DNA of 64,000 nucleotides, from contig CAJFCJ010000010.1 in the NCBI GenBank assembly GCA_904063045.1, positions 558,001 to 622,000 on the forward strand. The letters run 5' to 3'. Positions 41,242-55,412 of this stretch are shown here, in pieces (position 1 is the first letter of the stretch; each line of letters begins with the position of its first letter). The notes beneath the pieces were generated by a model. It had not been told where the DNA came from. It worked only from the letters and a program-made list of their open reading frames with translations, and did not search any database. The translations under genes were made by a program, and so were the position numbers. This DNA is from Dimorphilus gyrociliatus. Taxonomy: Eukaryota; Animalia; Annelida.

Positions 41242-44200
41242 TGAAAGAGTTGCAAATGTTCTAGTTGTTTGATCATCTTCTATTATTGTGTTTAATTCAA
41301 ATAATTAATAATATATAGTTCTACGAAGAATAAAGAAATAACGAAAGAAAAGTTACTTGTTTTTACTTTATAGTATTCAATTTAAATGGGAACTATTCAA
41401 TTGAATTACTTACTAATTAATCAAGTCAAGAAGTTATTACGTGATCCATATTTTAATAGAATTTATGTTACTTTGCGCTAAAAGGCTTATAGTAGGTTGA
41501 TATAGAATTTTTATTGTATTTTATGAGTGTCTGAAGTCATTAGCATCCTTTGCAGATTTTCATAAAAATCTATTCATGAAATATAAAATGGTACGAAAAT
41601 AACGTTAATAAAAAAGCCAAAACTTGTTTAAGCAGTTTTTATTAATGTAATTGATTATTAAGTCTTGATATTTTTGTCAGTTGAAACTTTGACTAGATTT
41701 TTAAGTAAAACTTTCGCCTTTAAAAATAGATTGACTATCCTGTATAAAGATCAACTTCCGCCTATATATTACTATTTAGTTGCTGAATATTGTAGTTTAC
41801 CAGGGTGGCAGTTATTCAACATAATTTATATATTGAAGACTTGTACGTGAAATTCCTATAGTAGACGATAGAATTGCTATTTCTAGAAATTAATTAAAGC
41901 AATTGCCCTGGAAATGTTTGGAACAAAACATCCAAGTATTTCTCAGTTTGCACTATTTGTTATTTTATTGAATTTTATACCCCAGTCTCTCTTTAGTCCT
42001 GCAATAGTCACTGTATTGTTAAGGGGCAGCGGAAATGTAATTTTTTTACTAAAGGCTTCTCACCGTTTTCATTTGGTTCGTAATCGTTCAACTGTAAAAC
42101 ACAATCGGATGTTTAGAAAGACTGAAAAATAGAAAAGAAAAGCAAATAGTATTAATAAATAAGATAGAAATGGAATAAAGGAAATTGTAATTTGGTAACA
42201 TTGGCAAATGTTCCAATCTACATGTAATCAAATGACCCTCAGCGGAGGTCATGCGAAGGAAACCGATGGGACTTTTCCTAAAATTATGATTTGCTTGAAA
42301 GCCTACGGGTTATACTCGAACGGTTGATTGGTTTTCAATTGGTATGCCAAGGATCCTGTTAAACAAAATTCTATTTTTAAGCCTAATTATTTTTTTTGTA
42401 CTCCAAAATTGAATCTCTTCAATTACAATTTCTCATAATAAATATTTTAATAAGGCTTAAAATTAAAGAGATAAGCAGAAAAGGAGAAAGAGCGAGAGAG
42501 AGAAGGAAAAGAAGAGGTAAGGTGGGAGGTCTAATTTCTTCTCATTTAAGGTTTTTGTATTGTCACAAAAATAACTAAGCTATTTGTTGTTTTTTTCTAT
42601 TTCTAGAAAGCGCCTATTGATTTTGAGGACAATCGATCAAGACTATGAACTGGATTAAACTAGGAGAGAAAAGCGTTCCCTCTTTCCCAACCAAGTAACG
42701 ATTGCATCAGGCGCATAAAGCGTATAGATTATTTATAAGAAAAAGATGCACCGAGTAGAAAACTGCGACTGCGTTACTGTATAATTAAGAATTGGACAGT
42801 AGAGTAAACATAAAAGGAAAGGTTATAAGAAAGGGAAGAGAGAATGAAAGAAAGCAAAGAATAGCTGGGAAGAGAAAAGATCAATAGTGATTATTACATA
42901 GCATTCGCATAAAGACTATGGAATCGTTGCGTAATAGAATACAAAATAGGCAGCTTTTTCCCCCTATGATTTCTTGTATAAAAGTCGCATATCGTATTTT
43001 TTATATTTTTCTTTTATTCATATAGAAAAGTAATTTGATTTGTATATATGTAATTACATATACAGTATATATGCACTGAAGTAAAATACCATCTTTAATA
43101 TATATTTATTGGTAATTTTATTCGCAAGAACGAAAAAGCAGCATCCTTCTGACAAAACAAACCGTATACAGAATAACGTGAACTTGTATATATATATATA
43201 TGTAATAATAATAATAATGAATTGTTTATAGATAAAAAATACGGCATAGATATATTTAACTAAAGAAATTAGTATGATAATAATAGTAATAAATCATAGT
43301 TTTAACATATAATAATATTAATAAATATATATATATATATGTTTATATATGTGTAAAATTCTATTAAGCTAATCTTAACATATATGATATGCTGGTGGTT
43401 ACTGTATATTCATATTTTTTTAAACCATTCTTATCAGTTTTTTATTATCAATCTGAGTTTTGGTTTTTTTCCCCCATCATAGTAGTAAATAGATTAAAAT
43501 ATTAAATATATGAATTATGATTTATATATATATATATATATGCTACAATCACACCAAAACGACACACGTGACTATAAACAAATCACAGCTCGAGATATAT
43601 GTTATCAAAGTTAGATACGTAGCTTAATATAGGTTACGTTTCTTTGTTCTTTAAACATCATTATAATTCATTTATACAGTTAAAAATAATAATAAGTCAT
43701 TAAAGCTAACAACAACACACAATCAATAAATAAATAATAAGGAGGGTTATTTTGCTTTTTTAATATTCATATTTAGACTAGAAGTTTGTTAAAGGCGTAG
43801 GTGTGCGTGATATCTTTATAGGACGACGACATCGATTATTCTTATTTCCTTTTCTTTTTAAAAATTAAAATTGAGACAACCTCTAGAAAAAGAAATCCTA
43901 TAGATTTTTAGGTAAAGGTGTTACTTAATTCATTACGTTCTTTTCTTTGTTTTTTTCTTTTTTGTATAGAGAGATATAAAAGGAGTAGAAAGAGAAAAAC
44001 TAAACAGAAAGTTTACTTATCAACTATATGCCAAATTTTTTTTCTCTTGTAAAAAAATTCGTTAAGTAAAAGTAAAGAGAGAAAAAAAATACTTTTACTG
44101 CATAATTCTTATCTTGTTCTTTCTTTCTCTCTCTCAGATTAATGAATATATATTATATACTGCACCGTGAAAGTAATATGTTTTATAATGATATCTAATC

Positions 44201-44943
44201 GCCATCGCCGCCCCGCCGTGATCAATTTCCATTTTTTTCCTTAATTATAAAGAAAAAAAACGTTAGATTTGTTTTTGACAAACTTGACGCTTCCCTCTTT
44301 TTTTAGTTTTTAATATACATTAAGCATGCTGAGGACGAATGAACAAATAACTTAATGACTTTCTTTAAAAATCAACTAAATTGAAATAAATAACCGAAGA
44401 AATAGAGAAAGCAAACTACTCCATTTTTGATCATTTCAGCTTTGACATGTACAGTTAAGCCCAAAATCCTAAAACGGAACACAAAAAGTGCATCTGCAAC
44501 TAATCATAGGAGATCTTAATGAAAACTTGTATTCCTGTAAGGAGAATTTCTTTCTAACGTGTTATCTTTCTAAGCCGGAGAGAAGACATTTACAGATAAG
44601 AGATTGAGAGGAAGTTACAGATAGATTGATAGACAGTTGACAGTTAGGAGAGAGAGAGACAGCGAGAGAGAAGAGATAGATAGTAGAGATTGAGGAGTAT
44701 AGAGACAGAGAAAGGATGATGAAAGCACTCGTTCTATTTGCCGAATCGGCGTCCAAAAACTGTAAAGAAATAGTAAGTCAGATTCGATTTGACGCTAAGG
44801 TGCGTTTTTTGACTCTTGGTCGACGATTGGGTAGTGAAGAAAGTAGACGACCTGCTCATAGTCCAGATTTCGTCATCTTTCTTCGTCGATTCCAATACTT
44901 CGTCGAAATTTGCCATGATATGGGCGGAGGGCGGGCGGACTTG

Positions 44944-46978
44944 TCAGAGTTCCTTCCTCTTAATAACATAGGCGTTTGTCCATATATCAGAAAGGCAAAC
45001 AGCCGAATGGAAGCGGAAGAATATTATCATAGGTATACAAATATGAGATATTATGGACCAAGCTAAAAAGCCATAGTATTGAGTGTGAGCGGGCATTGAG
45101 TCAGCCTTTCTCGCCTCAAAAGCATTAAGAACCCATAAGCACAGGTTAACTAGTAGCAGAAAAGTAACCAAAGCTCTCCCAGGCTTCATCATTACTTGAC
45201 CATCATTAGCTGCACACCTTCTCATGCCGTCGAGTATAAAGACACTTTGTAACGCCGCCTCGACGAAAGCCAGTAACGACGATATTAGACTTAATCCCGA
45301 TAGGACGCCAAATTGGGATACAGTCGCAATCGAAGAAACAACAAGGAATATGTTGTACATGCATAAACCGGATAAACTAATAACCAAGAGAAGACTCTCA
45401 AAGCTAGCCTCTTCCAGCCCAAGAAACCTTAACTGTTGGAGTTTGAAAAAGGCAACAACGACGACACCTGCGCACAAGGACAATAAAGTCGTTTCCGTTA
45501 TGTAAAAGATGAAAGCAGCCGATTTAGCATTGTTGAGCTTTTTGTCAAAGACGAAGAAACAGCTCATAGAAATTAGGGTTAGTATCGCTATAAATAAGCC
45601 TAAGAAAAGACCCTTATTCGCTTTGTGGCATTCTGTCGGATTTGATAAACTTCTAGGATCTGTTTCAGTCTATTTTTAATTGAAAAGGAAATAATTAATG
45701 AAGTATTAAATCTGTTAAAACAAAAAAAAAACGAATCCTACCTGATGTCTCGGTCTGTGAAGCTTACCGACGCTACAATAAATTTTGTATATCATAGCCA
45801 AAGCGATTAAGCTGTATTGGGCAGTGCAGGGGAATAGGAAGGGAGCCGTATTCCTTGCCAGAGTTGTTGTCACGTAGCAGACAACATCTTCTTTAGGCGA
45901 ATCACCCGAGTTCTTAGCACCAATGCCAGCAGGTTTTGGCGTCGATGCTGACTCGACAACGTTATATTTTTGAGTTGCCTCATTATAGCGCCAATCCTCA
46001 TCCGTTTCATGTATAGTACAAAGCAACCAAACACAAAGGTTGGTTGCAGCGATATGAACAAGCCCAAATCTTGCCAAAGCTTTATGCATATTGATAACGA
46101 CCTACAAAGATATAATAAAGACTTGTAAGATAAATCATATATAAAAATAATGAAAGGCGGGGAAAAGTCGCTGACATGTCAGATGATAATGAAACGAACA
46201 AATATATATATGTATACTGTATATATATATATAATATTTAACATACAAATGTATATATATATATATTTAGTTTATGCATGTATACAGTTTATATAAGCAT
46301 ATACAGCCACGTATATGCAGTATATACTGAATATAAAAAATAATCCAATTACAGTAGCTTTATATGAGGATCATGCTTGATTTAATAAATTATAAGATTT
46401 CTTAAGTGCAACTTTGCATTATAGCTAATTCGTTAAAATATAACATATTCAATAATGTTAATAAATATTCAAGTCAAGATCCCTGTCTTAAGATTCCCTC
46501 TCTCTTTCTTTTTTTTCTATCTCTCTATCTCTCTCACTCTTCCACACACACACACACTCTCTCTCTTTCCTTCTTTCTCATCTCTCCCTTTCTGCATTTT
46601 TCTCTTAGCAATTCTCTTAAGCTCTTCATCAATTTTCACTACTATTTTCGTTTATAAGAAAAATATATTGATGAAGAATTTTTTTAAAAAAACAAAAGAA
46701 TATAAAAAAATAAATTGAAAACAAAATCACTAAAGCTAGAGAATGAAATTCAAATGAGATAAAATAAGGATAGGATAATAAAACAGAGGAGAGTGAAATA
46801 GAATTTAAGAGAAGGAAAGCGAATCTCTTTCATAATACGCATGCGCAATGACTAAGATTTGATACAATATAATTAGATATACTGTAAATAAAATACAATA
46901 TATAGCGTATTTGAATCTGAGGAAAAGTAGTAAAAGACGAAGATGGACAGAGTAGAAAAAGAAAAGAGAGAGGGACAG

Positions 46979-47018
<40 letters not shown>

Positions 47019-47632
47019 TAGATAGGAAAAGTAAATAAAAGGGCAGATGATGACCAGTTGAAGGTCCTTTTTAATTGCTCTTTAATTAAAAGAGAAACAA
47101 ATTAAGTCACATAAGCGTGAAACAAATTATACACACATGAAACTAATTCGTAGGCCCATTTCGGATACGATTGAAAGAACGAGTGGAAATAAAAAATTGA
47201 CGAATAATGTTGTTCTTTGTATGAAATGTATAAAATATAACCTACGAATTCACACATACGCACACACTTGCTTTATAGTATATACTTAAGAAAAAAAGAG
47301 GGAAGCAGGGAAAAGTGTTAAGGAAGAGAAAGTTTATCCAGAAGTAAATCAAGGGCAGTTAACGCAATTAACTAGGAGTCGCGTAATAACCTTCTGGATA
47401 AGTTTTGCGTAACCAAGCAACGACATGCACGAGTAGACTCAAGTAAAGAGCAAAATAGAACAATTTTCTTTCCTCTTTGGCCCTTTTTAATACTCATTTT
47501 CTTTATTCTATTCCATTGTAATAGTTGGAAAAGAGGAAGAAAATCCTTCTTTATTGTTTTCATCATGTTCAAAAGCCGAAAGTATAGAAGTAAATAATAT
47601 AATGATTTAGATATACTGTATATATAGTATAA

Positions 47633-47666
<34 letters not shown>

Positions 47667-50512
47667 TATTTGTAAGCTTTTAATAAAGAATATTTAAGCG
47701 CGTAATCAGATCAAAAGAAAGTCATAAAACAATAATATTCATTAATCTTGTAAAGATTTCTTTGACAAAAAGTATAAAGTCGCTATTTCTTCTAATGCAT
47801 TTTGAGAAGCGGCTTCTCTCCCCCTCGGCCCCCCGCCCCCTCCCCTGCACAAGTGTTTTCTCATCATCTATATGTGTCAAACGCAAAATATTTTTGCACT
47901 TACTTTTGACACTACTCTATTCTCTCAACCCTCTCTTTCTGTCTCATTCTGTCTGCCTGTCTGTCTCTCTCTCTAGCTGGTTTATCTTGTTCACTTTATT
48001 TCACTCTTTGTTTCCCCTTTTGCTCAACGATTTCCAGGCATTGATTTCAATAACTCTTTGATGTTTTTTCAATGCAAAGAAAGTTATGATAAGTGTATTG
48101 GGGGAAAAAATAGTATCGCGTATTATATTATAATAATATATACAGTATATCCTTTAGGCAACTAGAAAACCGATATCCAAACATTCGGGAACAGAGTGTT
48201 GATGGTAGAATAAAAATTAGGTTGCTTGTCGAATGTTTTATCTATGGTTATGCCTTGTTTCTATAATAGAGAGACTATGCAAAATTCATTTTCCAAATGA
48301 AATGGCCATTTTATATCAGTCGAGGGACTTTGAATAAAAAAAGAGAGAGAAAAAAAGCAGTATTGATTTGAAAGGAATGCATTAATCTTTGTTAATAAGG
48401 GAAATCTTACACTTAGGGAAAGAATCTTTTTAAACCCAGAAATGGTAATTTTTATTCAAAGACTAGACAAAAAAATAGCATTGAGATAAAGTATTTGGTG
48501 ATTTTCTTTTAAAATGGAAAAAAAACTGCTTCGTGTCATTCTAGAAAAAAAATGTAAAGAAAAAATTCTATTTTTCTCTTCCACACGCTCTTCCCTATTT
48601 TCCCTTTTTCCCCTCTCCCTCCATCCCTTCTCAATCTACTTCCTTCAAACTAAATATAGAATGTAGATGTAAAAAAAAGGTTTATCCTTTAATCCTTGCT
48701 AGATTTAAATATTACTGAGCACGTCTTAAAAGAACTATACGCAGATAGTCTTTTAAGGTACAGTAAAATCAATAAACAATGAATTAATATTTAATCTTTC
48801 CATCAATTCTTTTGATAGCTAATAATTATTTGGCCTCATGTAAGGTGACTTTATCTGGATTTATTAAGTGAGGCCTTAAGAAATATCTGACTATATATAG
48901 TTTGTTCCTTTTTAAAATCAAATGTAATATTTGTGACTTACTTAAACATCAGACAAGATTAATAAGAATAAGTTGTATATGACATTCTGTTGACAGGATA
49001 TATGTTGTCTATTGAATAGAATATATATCATTTATGTATATATATATATATATACTGTATATATGTGTATGCACTCCATAAACATTCGTTATGTTTATGG
49101 AAATAGTGTTATGCCTTTATAACAGGAGTAACGAAAGATAATTAATGATTTAATGAGGTTAGAAAAAAAAGCGCTTTTATGATATGTTATGTTATGAATG
49201 TTCGTATTAGCTTTATACGACAAGCGAAAATGATTGGAGTAAATATTTATACTACTCACATCATTCAAGCCCTTGTACACTGAGTAAATCTGGAAAAGTA
49301 AGAAGACGATAGACAGAAAGGCGGAGAAAACAAAAAAATAAATCTTTTTTCTGATTTCTTTTTTTTTAATAAAAAAAAGAGACTTTAATAAAATATATAT
49401 TAATAGATATATTTTGCTTTTTATCATAGCATCCCAGTTTTCAAATAGTAATAAGATATAAGGTACTTCTATTAATTATATACATTTTTAAATAATTATA
49501 TTTATATATATATATATATATATAAATTCTATATCATTCTTTTTCTACTATCATATGAATAAAAACACCCTTTTAAGCACTCATTCTTTCAATCTTTGAA
49601 GCGCCGCTAGGCCTACACAACTTCTAAAGCTTCGCAAAGATTGGCAGGAAGGTTAAAGGAGCAGTAATAATAATATAAATAATAATAATAATAATAATAA
49701 TAGTAATAAAGTAAAAGTATCAGTAATTAACAATCATCTTAATGACAAAGAAGAGAAAAAAGGAGAGATTATAGACAAAGAATAAGATGTCAATCAATTA
49801 TTTAAAAAAAGAAGAGTCTTGCTAATCAATAGAGATTCCCTTCTTCCCAACATTTAACTTCAATAGTTAAATCTACAAATGCTTCTTATGCAGAGATTGC
49901 AGTATTCTTTTACATCTCATAACAAAAGATTAGATTATAGGACTAGTTTGCATCCTCAAGGTAAAACCTAATGATAATAATTAAATAAGAAAAAGGAAAT
50001 TTAGGGAATTTCTCTAGCTGTCTGAAATCTACTCACTACATGTCCCTTGGGTAATTTTCCAACACTAATATCTTATAAAAGAAACGCATTTTCTACTTAT
50101 TAATTATCGTTGAATTAACATTTTGGGTGGAGAATACGACAAAAAACCGTCTTTGTTAATTCATTTCCTTCTTGATTTGTGTGGCAAAAGGCTAAATAAG
50201 TAAAGAGGTAGAGAAAGGGGGACGTAAAAAGGTAATAATGATAATAAAAAAATAACAAAAATGTCTATTAGTCACTTGAAAAAAAAGGAGGAGAAGAATA
50301 TTTAATAAAGACAGAAAGAAAATCATTAGGCAGCCCCCAAGACAAAGAACACAAAAGGACCTTAGAAGAACATTTAAAGTATTTAATTATCGTGCAATAG
50401 CGCGTACAAAGCTACGCTTTTAACATGAAAAATTTGTTAAATACGATTATAGGGGTAAAATTAATATAAAAAAGCCTTATAAGAACAAATGATGCCTTAA
50501 ATAAATAAGGAT

Positions 50513-50577
<65 letters not shown>

Positions 50578-52077
50578 TATATGTTAACGTTTCTCACATA
50601 TAAGATATAGATATATAAACATAAAAATAACTATGTGGTTGTATGGTAGCGAATGTGTATCTCTGTGTTCTACGTCCGTCATAAACAGGGATAAAGCTTA
50701 AGGAGCAAAATAATTGTACTGACCTTGTGGCTTTTAAATAAGAAGAAGGTCTGGAAAAACGTAAAGAGGAGATGGGTAACCGCAACGAGAATGTAAAGTG
50801 CTCCGTAGCAGTGTATTGTTGCTCCCGATTCGAATACAGACGCTATCTTAAAACCGTCGTGAATCATGGAGCCGGCGCTAAAAGCGATCGAGCCGATCCT
50901 CAAATAAAAATTGACGCCTTCGGCCTCGTAGGAAACTAGAGCTGACGGCTGATAGACGTCTAATTCCAAATCACTAGGCGTCCTCGATCGGCTTTGATGT
51001 CCGTCGCCTTCCTTCGGTAGATCTTCACCAGCGGCTACATCTCTCATCGAATGCATGCTCGAATACGTTTTATCAGCATCCAAACGGTTATTGCTAACCA
51101 AACGTATGTTCCTCACTCGAGATTCCTCTCTTCTATGACGAAGGACATAGGTGTGAAGATAGACTAAGAAAGCTATAGCCATTAAGTAGATGTAGAGGTG
51201 AAATATTTCCACATAGTAAGATTGGTCCCCACTCTTTCGGGTTAGAGCATCCGTTATGGGGAAAACTAGGCCTAAAACGACCACCAATAGGGCGTATATA
51301 CCGCATAATAAGTGGGTGATTGCCGATCTGCATATTTAAAATATCGGATTAGAATAGTTTTTTATGTTCAAATAGAGTAAAAAATTTTCATTCTACCAAT
51401 ATACTGCAACGTTTTAATTGCATTCCTTCGCCCTTTTTACGGCCTAATAAACTCGATCGAACTTATGCACGCGTGATGGACAAAAAAGAGAGAAAAAGCG
51501 GTGTGAATGAGGGATTGGAAAGGATGGGAAAAAATGTCAAAGCCATGTTGTTTTTTTAATTTTTATTTTAAAACTATGATAGACTTTTTCGCGCATTGCA
51601 GAATAAAATTTCCCACAGTAACTGACCGCTGGCGTTACAATCCATACTATTACGGGCGTCACCCAATACTATCTTACTTACATGTGCTCGAAAATAATAT
51701 TTATGGAAGAGAATATTAGACTATGTTCGTTTCCTTCGTAAAAAGAAATTCTTAGACGATCAGTTGCGATGCCGTTCAGAATAAATCTCTTTGCAAATTG
51801 CTGTCACGCAATTTTCCTACTTAATTGGCGGCAAAGTAAAATAGTATCTAAAACCCTAAAATGTAATTGTAGTCAATGGTGGCGCACCCCTTTTATTCTT
51901 CCATTTACTGTGCACTCCCTAATTATCCGATTTGGAAGAATTTAGAAATATAGAGCGTTCAGGAAACTAATAGACAGAATCGGAGCAAATATATATATGC
52001 AAATTAAATTAAATAAAAAGTATATAAGTATATATCTATAGACGATGAATAATTGAAAATCATATATATATATATAT

Positions 52078-52115
<38 letters not shown>

Positions 52116-52309
52116 TTCACAGCTTACTCGACTGCCAAGATCTTTTCCGAGACGGCAGAGGCGATAGACGCCGCAATGTTTTGTTGTTGTGTTGAATCCA
52201 AACGTGTTGTTTCATCAGTTGTCGCTGCGGTAACGTCGTCGGACGCTCCGACTACGCGAACATTATGCCACTTATTCCGAATAGTAGAGAGCATTTGGAC
52301 GACGGTCAT
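44944..52309 (-). CDS. OTOP: Otopetrin-family proton channel (isoform using the proximal N-terminal exon)
   Basis: Exons 52309-52128, 51327-50724, 46101-45742, 45669-44944 join in frame. GIYALLVVVLG TM1, NFYLRIG, FTFFQTFFLFK, ARFGLVHIAATNLCVW, PFLFPCTAQYSL, CHKANKGLFLG, KPGRALVTFLLLVNL, PMIIFFRFHSAVCLSDIW. Confidence 0.93.
46975..47025. repeat. (GAAA)n/(GA)n simple repeat
   Basis: Direct reading. Confidence 0.85.
50515..50582. repeat. Long (TA)n microsatellite ending in TA-CAG-TA
   Basis: Direct reading. Confidence 0.9.
52067..52113. repeat. (TA)n microsatellite next to the otopetrin exon donor
   Basis: Direct reading. Confidence 0.9.
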
Positions 52310-53353
52310 CTATATATCCAAAAAAATGCTCGGGGAAGCGTCTAGCGAGAAAGTAATCAGCGTCGAGGCGCTCGGCAATAATGCATTCCGGCCGCGAGGA
52401 CGCCTCGCATAATGCGCGGCAGCGCCGGCGTCTATCGGTAGCGTCACCGGTGTTGCGCTCTGATAAAAATACGGCCGCCTATCGAGGCGTCTCTACCGAT
52501 TTGCAAACGGTTAGATAAGCGTTGACTAAAGAAAAACAAACTTTTCTGTTTTTACGGGTGTAATTTCTAATTATCATAAAAGAATGTCGCGAGAGAATTT
52601 TACGCTCGAAGGAATCTGACAAACCGAGTGACGGCCCGATGTTCGTTACCAACGTCTCCATGGTAACCAAAAAAATCAGGCGAAGACGCTCTTGTTTGCA
52701 GACCGAGAAAGATTAAACGGCGCGAAAAGAAAAACTTATATAAGATTCCCTCTACCGCAATCCTCTTTAAGAATTACCCGCTTAAGACTTTGTGTAGAAT
52801 GCCTGTTTTCCATTAGGAAAAACGGTGCGGATGTTTGAAGTTTGAGCGGGTTTTTGTTTTCGTCTAAGGAATAAAAGGGACCGATTCTCCTTTTTCTATT
52901 ACTAACGTCTCTCTGATATTGCTATATATGGAAAAAAAACTCAACGGACAAGCTAAAAGGCAGCACTTGTTTTTTAGAGAGAAGCGTATATTTGTATATT
53001 TTATATATAGTGCATATAGGCTTAGCTTTACTTCTAGTAAAATCAACCTCTTAATCGGTAAACCTATTATTTCAATTAATCAAGTTTCACTTGGATGTTT
53101 TCAAATTTCTATGGTTTACCACTGACATATAATGGAATTAGGCCTTTTAAAATTCAAACCAAACTAATTCACCTCAAGGTATCTCCTACTTTCTCTAAGC
53201 TTCCAAGCAATTTTCATCTTGGGCCTACTTATAGACTTATTGTTTACCTCTAAACGTCTCCGATGACGTCAAATAAAATATGTAAAATTCACTCGACGTA
53301 AAATGTCAACTAAACGGAAGTTGTTTAGCGATAATACAGGCGCCTGTCTTTAC

Positions 53354-53385
53354 CTGACTAGTCTGTCACAATTAGTCGGCTGCAT
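53354..53385 (-). CDS. Candidate short alternative first coding exon of otopetrin (MQPTNCDRLVR)
   Basis: ATG followed by 10 codons plus 2 nt, then a strong donor TCAG|gtaaag. Phase 2. Confidence 0.4.
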
Positions 53386-54443
53386 CACCGAGACTTTACA
53401 GAGCACTTTCCATCGTAAAGCATCTAAATCGTCTAATGCGTAGAGAAATAGCTATTCTATGTATTTACGCGGTTTTCCTTATATAAACATACCGTAGAGT
53501 TTGCAGATATTGTCCCATGTACAGGCAGTCACAAAATCTGATTTATAGATATAACATACAACACCATATCCATATAAAGATGCTGTTTTTTTCAAGCCCT
53601 AACTCCTTCTCTTTTCTCACTTTATGCTTGTTCTCTCTATTATATTCATGAGCGATTGCTCTGCTTCGTTTGTTCCGCAATGGTTCACCGGGGAACTGAT
53701 TTGTTTTGCTTTAGTGCTTTTTAGACGCCCTACCGAGGAGACCTAAACCATATATAGAAGAAAACTGTGAGTCCAATTAGCGAGGCGGAAAATTAGAGTG
53801 AGATGAAAGAATCAGATATTAGAATTTGGTGCCATCATTCTCTTAAATTCTCTTCACGATACGTAATATATCCCCAATGAACGTATACTATACTAAATTT
53901 TATGGTGAATGAGAATGACACCCGGCGAAAACGCCCCTTAATGGACGTTGTTGACGGGAAAATCTTGAAAAGCTCAGCTTTCTATGACGTCACCGGGCTG
54001 ATCTGATTAGTCCTGACACTCGGTATTTTTTCAGCCTCCAACTTAACGAGTAGAATCTAGAAAGAGACGCCGCACCTGTTTCAATATATACTACGCGTAT
54101 TCGTGACGCGACAGAGCTTTTAGGCACAGAATTAAATCAGTCATCTCACTTGACGGATTTCTCTCATAATTGTATATACCCTACGTTTATGGAAGGGAAG
54201 CAGGGAAGGAAAAGGAATGATCACATGACCAGTTGCAGGGAATTTAAGTGACAGACGGCGCGACAAACGGTCAGTAATTGGTAGACGGGTGCTGTTTTAA
54301 TAATGTGAAATTGCACGAACCTGAATGCTTCTAATTCTTCTCTGCTTAGAGGAAAGGAAAACGAAAAGAGATGGAAAAAAATGCATTAGAACTAATTTCA
54401 GATCTGGAAATGTGAATAATTTATAAAAAAAAGCGTATCTTAC

Positions 54444-54566
54444 CTAAACGCCGAAGCTTTTTCCGGATCGTCCATGGATTGGTCAATAGCTACACCGAAG
54501 CAGCTTAAACCGAACGCTTGATGGGCTTCAATAACGGGATTTTTATCGCTCTGATCTCGCATTTTG
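54444..54566 (-). CDS. Alternative upstream otopetrin coding exon (123 nt, phase 2-2; ATG at 54562)
   Basis: Acceptor ttgcag|, strong donor TTTAG|gtaaga. Open frame MRDQSDKNPVIEAHQAFGLSCFGVAIDQSMDDPEKASAFR. Phase matches the 51327 exon. Confidence 0.6.
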
Positions 54567-54846
54567 CTGCAAACCGCATAATTTATCAGTCCACAAAAAA
54601 CAACAGAAGTAAACTATATACTTTATATCCATAAAAGCATATATATATACAGTATATATATACATATATGTCTATAAATACATGTAATATATACATGCAT
54701 ATGTTTAGTAATTTGATAAGCCAAAATAAAGCATTGTTTTAAAGCATAAAAAAATACATATCTAAAAAAAATGTCTGAAAATTTAACAATATCGAGTAAT
54801 TGTTGATGATACGTTAATTACTACGTTTATTAACTATAACCTCATT

Positions 54847-54878
<32 letters not shown>

Positions 54879-55412
54879 CTGTATATATACATATATATAC
54901 ATATACAAAGTAATACAATTTTTCTCTCTCTCTGTCGCTCTCTCTCTCTTCCCCCTATCATATAAAATCTATATAACTTATTTTTCCCATTCATACATCA
55001 AAGATAATAACAGTAGTTATGATCTTTGAAAACTTTTATGGAAAAACACTTTATATGATGAATTTATATGTAGATTGTTTGCTTTTTAAATTCTTCCCAT
55101 TAGCCGTCCCTTTCTCGTTTCTCTATCTATCCGTCTATCTCTTCCTCTCTGTTTTCTCATACTTTTCTAACTTTTTTAACTATTACCACGTGACTAGAAA
55201 AATTAAAATAACAATTTCAACGACATTAAACTTAATAATAAGCCGGAAAATTATAAAACGAAAAATAAACTCTATCCATAACGAGTTTTTGCAAGTTTTC
55301 TAATACTCTGTTTGTTTGTTTATTTGTTTTTTCCCCTGTTTAAAGCATTATGTACAACAAAACCTTACATGATGCAGAGGGCGAATCTAGACAGGGTTCA
55401 TGCCACGCTCAC

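Noticed and set aside
44560-44946. Selenocysteine reading of the otopetrin UGA
   Set aside because: No SECIS-like AUGA/AA/GA stem seen in the pyrimidine-rich downstream sequence.
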